A stretch of DNA of 39,144 nt from a virus: the IMG/VR virus record IMGVR_UViG_3300005454_000004, positions 1-39,144 of that record; one strand, given 5' to 3'. Shown here piece by piece: positions 38,441 to 39,144 of this stretch; within the stretch, counting starts at the first letter, position 1, and each line of letters begins with the position of its first letter. The translations under genes and the position numbers were made by a program. The notes below the pieces were generated by a model, which did no database searches, was not told the DNA's origin, and worked only from the letters and a program-made list of their open reading frames with translations.

Positions 38441-39144
38441 CGGTCGACCTCAACCTGCTGCAGAAAGTGAGCGAGGACCGGGCGCTCGGTAGCGCCATGC
38501 TCTTCGCGCACCGGCATCCGCAGGAATCGGCGCCGATGCACGTCGAGATGATGGACCTCTGGCGCTCGGCCGACGAGTTCGTGCTGATCGAGGCGTTCCG
38601 CGACGCCGCGAAGTCCACCATCGCCGAAGAAGCGATCACGATGGAGGGGGCTTTCGGGAATTTTTTCTACATGCTCCTCATCGGCGAGACGTACACGAAG
38701 GCGTGCCAGCGCTTGGCCGCGATCGACTACGAGGCGCGCACGAACGTGAAGCTGCACCGGCTCTTCGGGGGTGCGGTGCTTTCTCGCAAGTCGATCGAGA
38801 ACAAGGTCTTCTTCAAGTCGGGCGCGATGATCGAGGCGGTGGGCTGGGAGCAGGAGCTGCAGTCGTTCAAGAATTTCGAACACCGTCCCGACTTCGCGTG
38901 GCTGGACGACATCGAGAACCTGGAGCGGGTGCGCGACTCGGCGACGGTGCAGGTGAACATGCGCAAGTTCTGGCTGGAGCTTGTCCCGGCGCTGAACAAG
39001 ATGCGCCGGCGCGTGCGCTTCACCCAGACCCGCCGCGCCGAGGACTGCATGGTCACGCGCTTCGCCGCCTCGCTCGAGTGGCTCTATCGCGGCTGGCCGA
39101 TCTGCGACGGCGACGTCGACGCCCCGACCACTAAGTCGAATTGG
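38437..39144 (+). CDS. terL: Terminase large subunit, N-terminal ATPase part (runs off the window end and continues at nt 51)
   Basis: Read by hand. Walker-A-like LIEAFRDAAKST (compare T7 gp19 LQAFRGIGKS) and Walker-B-like FAWLDDIE. The frame is open to the last base. Confidence 0.85.
   Translation, partial: MTVDLNLLQKVSEDRALGSAMLFAHRHPQESAPMHVEMMDLWRSADEFVLIEAFRDAAKSTIAEEAITMEGAFGNFFYMLLIGETYTKACQRLAAIDYEARTNVKLHRLFGGAVLSRKSIENKVFFKSGAMIEAVGWEQELQSFKNFEHRPDFAWLDDIENLERVRDSATVQVNMRKFWLELVPALNKMRRRVRFTQTRRAEDCMVTRFAASLEWLYRGWPICDGDVDAPTTKSNW
39095..39144. repeat. Terminal overlap, copy 2 (identical to 1..50)
   Basis: Exact 50-nt identity with the window start. Confidence 0.95.

Larger units (their letters stand above)
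1..39144. mobile_element. Complete temperate tailed-phage genome (podovirus-like gene content), assembled as a closed circle; 39,094 bp unique
   Basis: nt 1-50 equal nt 39095-39144, and the join restores one continuous terL frame. The window holds integrase, excisionase, an attP-like tRNA fragment, an immunity switch, and replication, recombination, head, tail/ejection and lysis modules. No tape-measure-sized or sheath gene is present. Confidence 0.8.

Noticed and set aside
1-39144. T7-like lifestyle markers (phage RNA polymerase, DNA polymerase, primase-helicase), a diversity-generating retroelement or reverse transcriptase, and DNA methyltransferases.
   Set aside because: I looked for them because of the T7-like terminase motif and the podovirus gene order. 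No ORF of suitable size or motif content (RNAP or DNAP motifs, YxDD, DPPY/FxGxG) is present.

Overview
This GC-rich window is a complete temperate tailed-phage genome, not a chromosomal segment. Nucleotides 1-50 are identical to 39095-39144, and joining the ends restores one uninterrupted terminase large-subunit frame (38437..39144 + 51..1355). The contig is therefore a closed circle of 39,094 unique bp that was opened inside terL. Gene content is podovirus-like: there is no tape-measure or sheath gene, and three large low-complexity ejection-type proteins follow the fibre gene. In + orientation the order is: terL, portal, a small-gene cluster with an HExxH peptidase, signal-peptide-like beta-rich proteins, an SGNH hydrolase, scaffold, N4-gp56-type major capsid, tail genes, ejection proteins, a PurD-like ATP-grasp ligase and an HTH protein. 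A lone reverse-strand orphan gene follows, then the lysis cassette (M15 endolysin, holin, lipoprotein). Next come an attP made of the 3' half of a tRNA-Met(CAT)-like gene, a tyrosine integrase and an excisionase. A long minus-strand early operon follows (DUF1643, HNH, Sak4-like ATPase, PD-(D/E)XK exonuclease, many small Cys-rich ORFs). After it is an immunity region with three or four HTH proteins and five AGACA-N4-TGTCT operators. The rightward early operon carries VRR-NUC, a winged-helix protein, a replisome-organizer-like gene with internal iterons, and a J-domain protein, and it runs back into terL. The items most worth follow-up are: (1) a shared N-terminal leader motif on scaffold, capsid, fibre-like and other virion-module proteins, next to a minimal M48/M56-like metallopeptidase; (2) the PurD-like ATP-grasp enzyme in the virion operon; (3) a repeated AAAAGCCCAAATTTG(GGC) palindromic motif at four operon junctions; (4) the antisense orphan gene; (5) the multi-operator switch with a repressor-linked lipoprotein. 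All functional calls come from reading motifs in the translations. No database search was run. Most long antisense ORFs in the track are GC-driven shadow ORFs.
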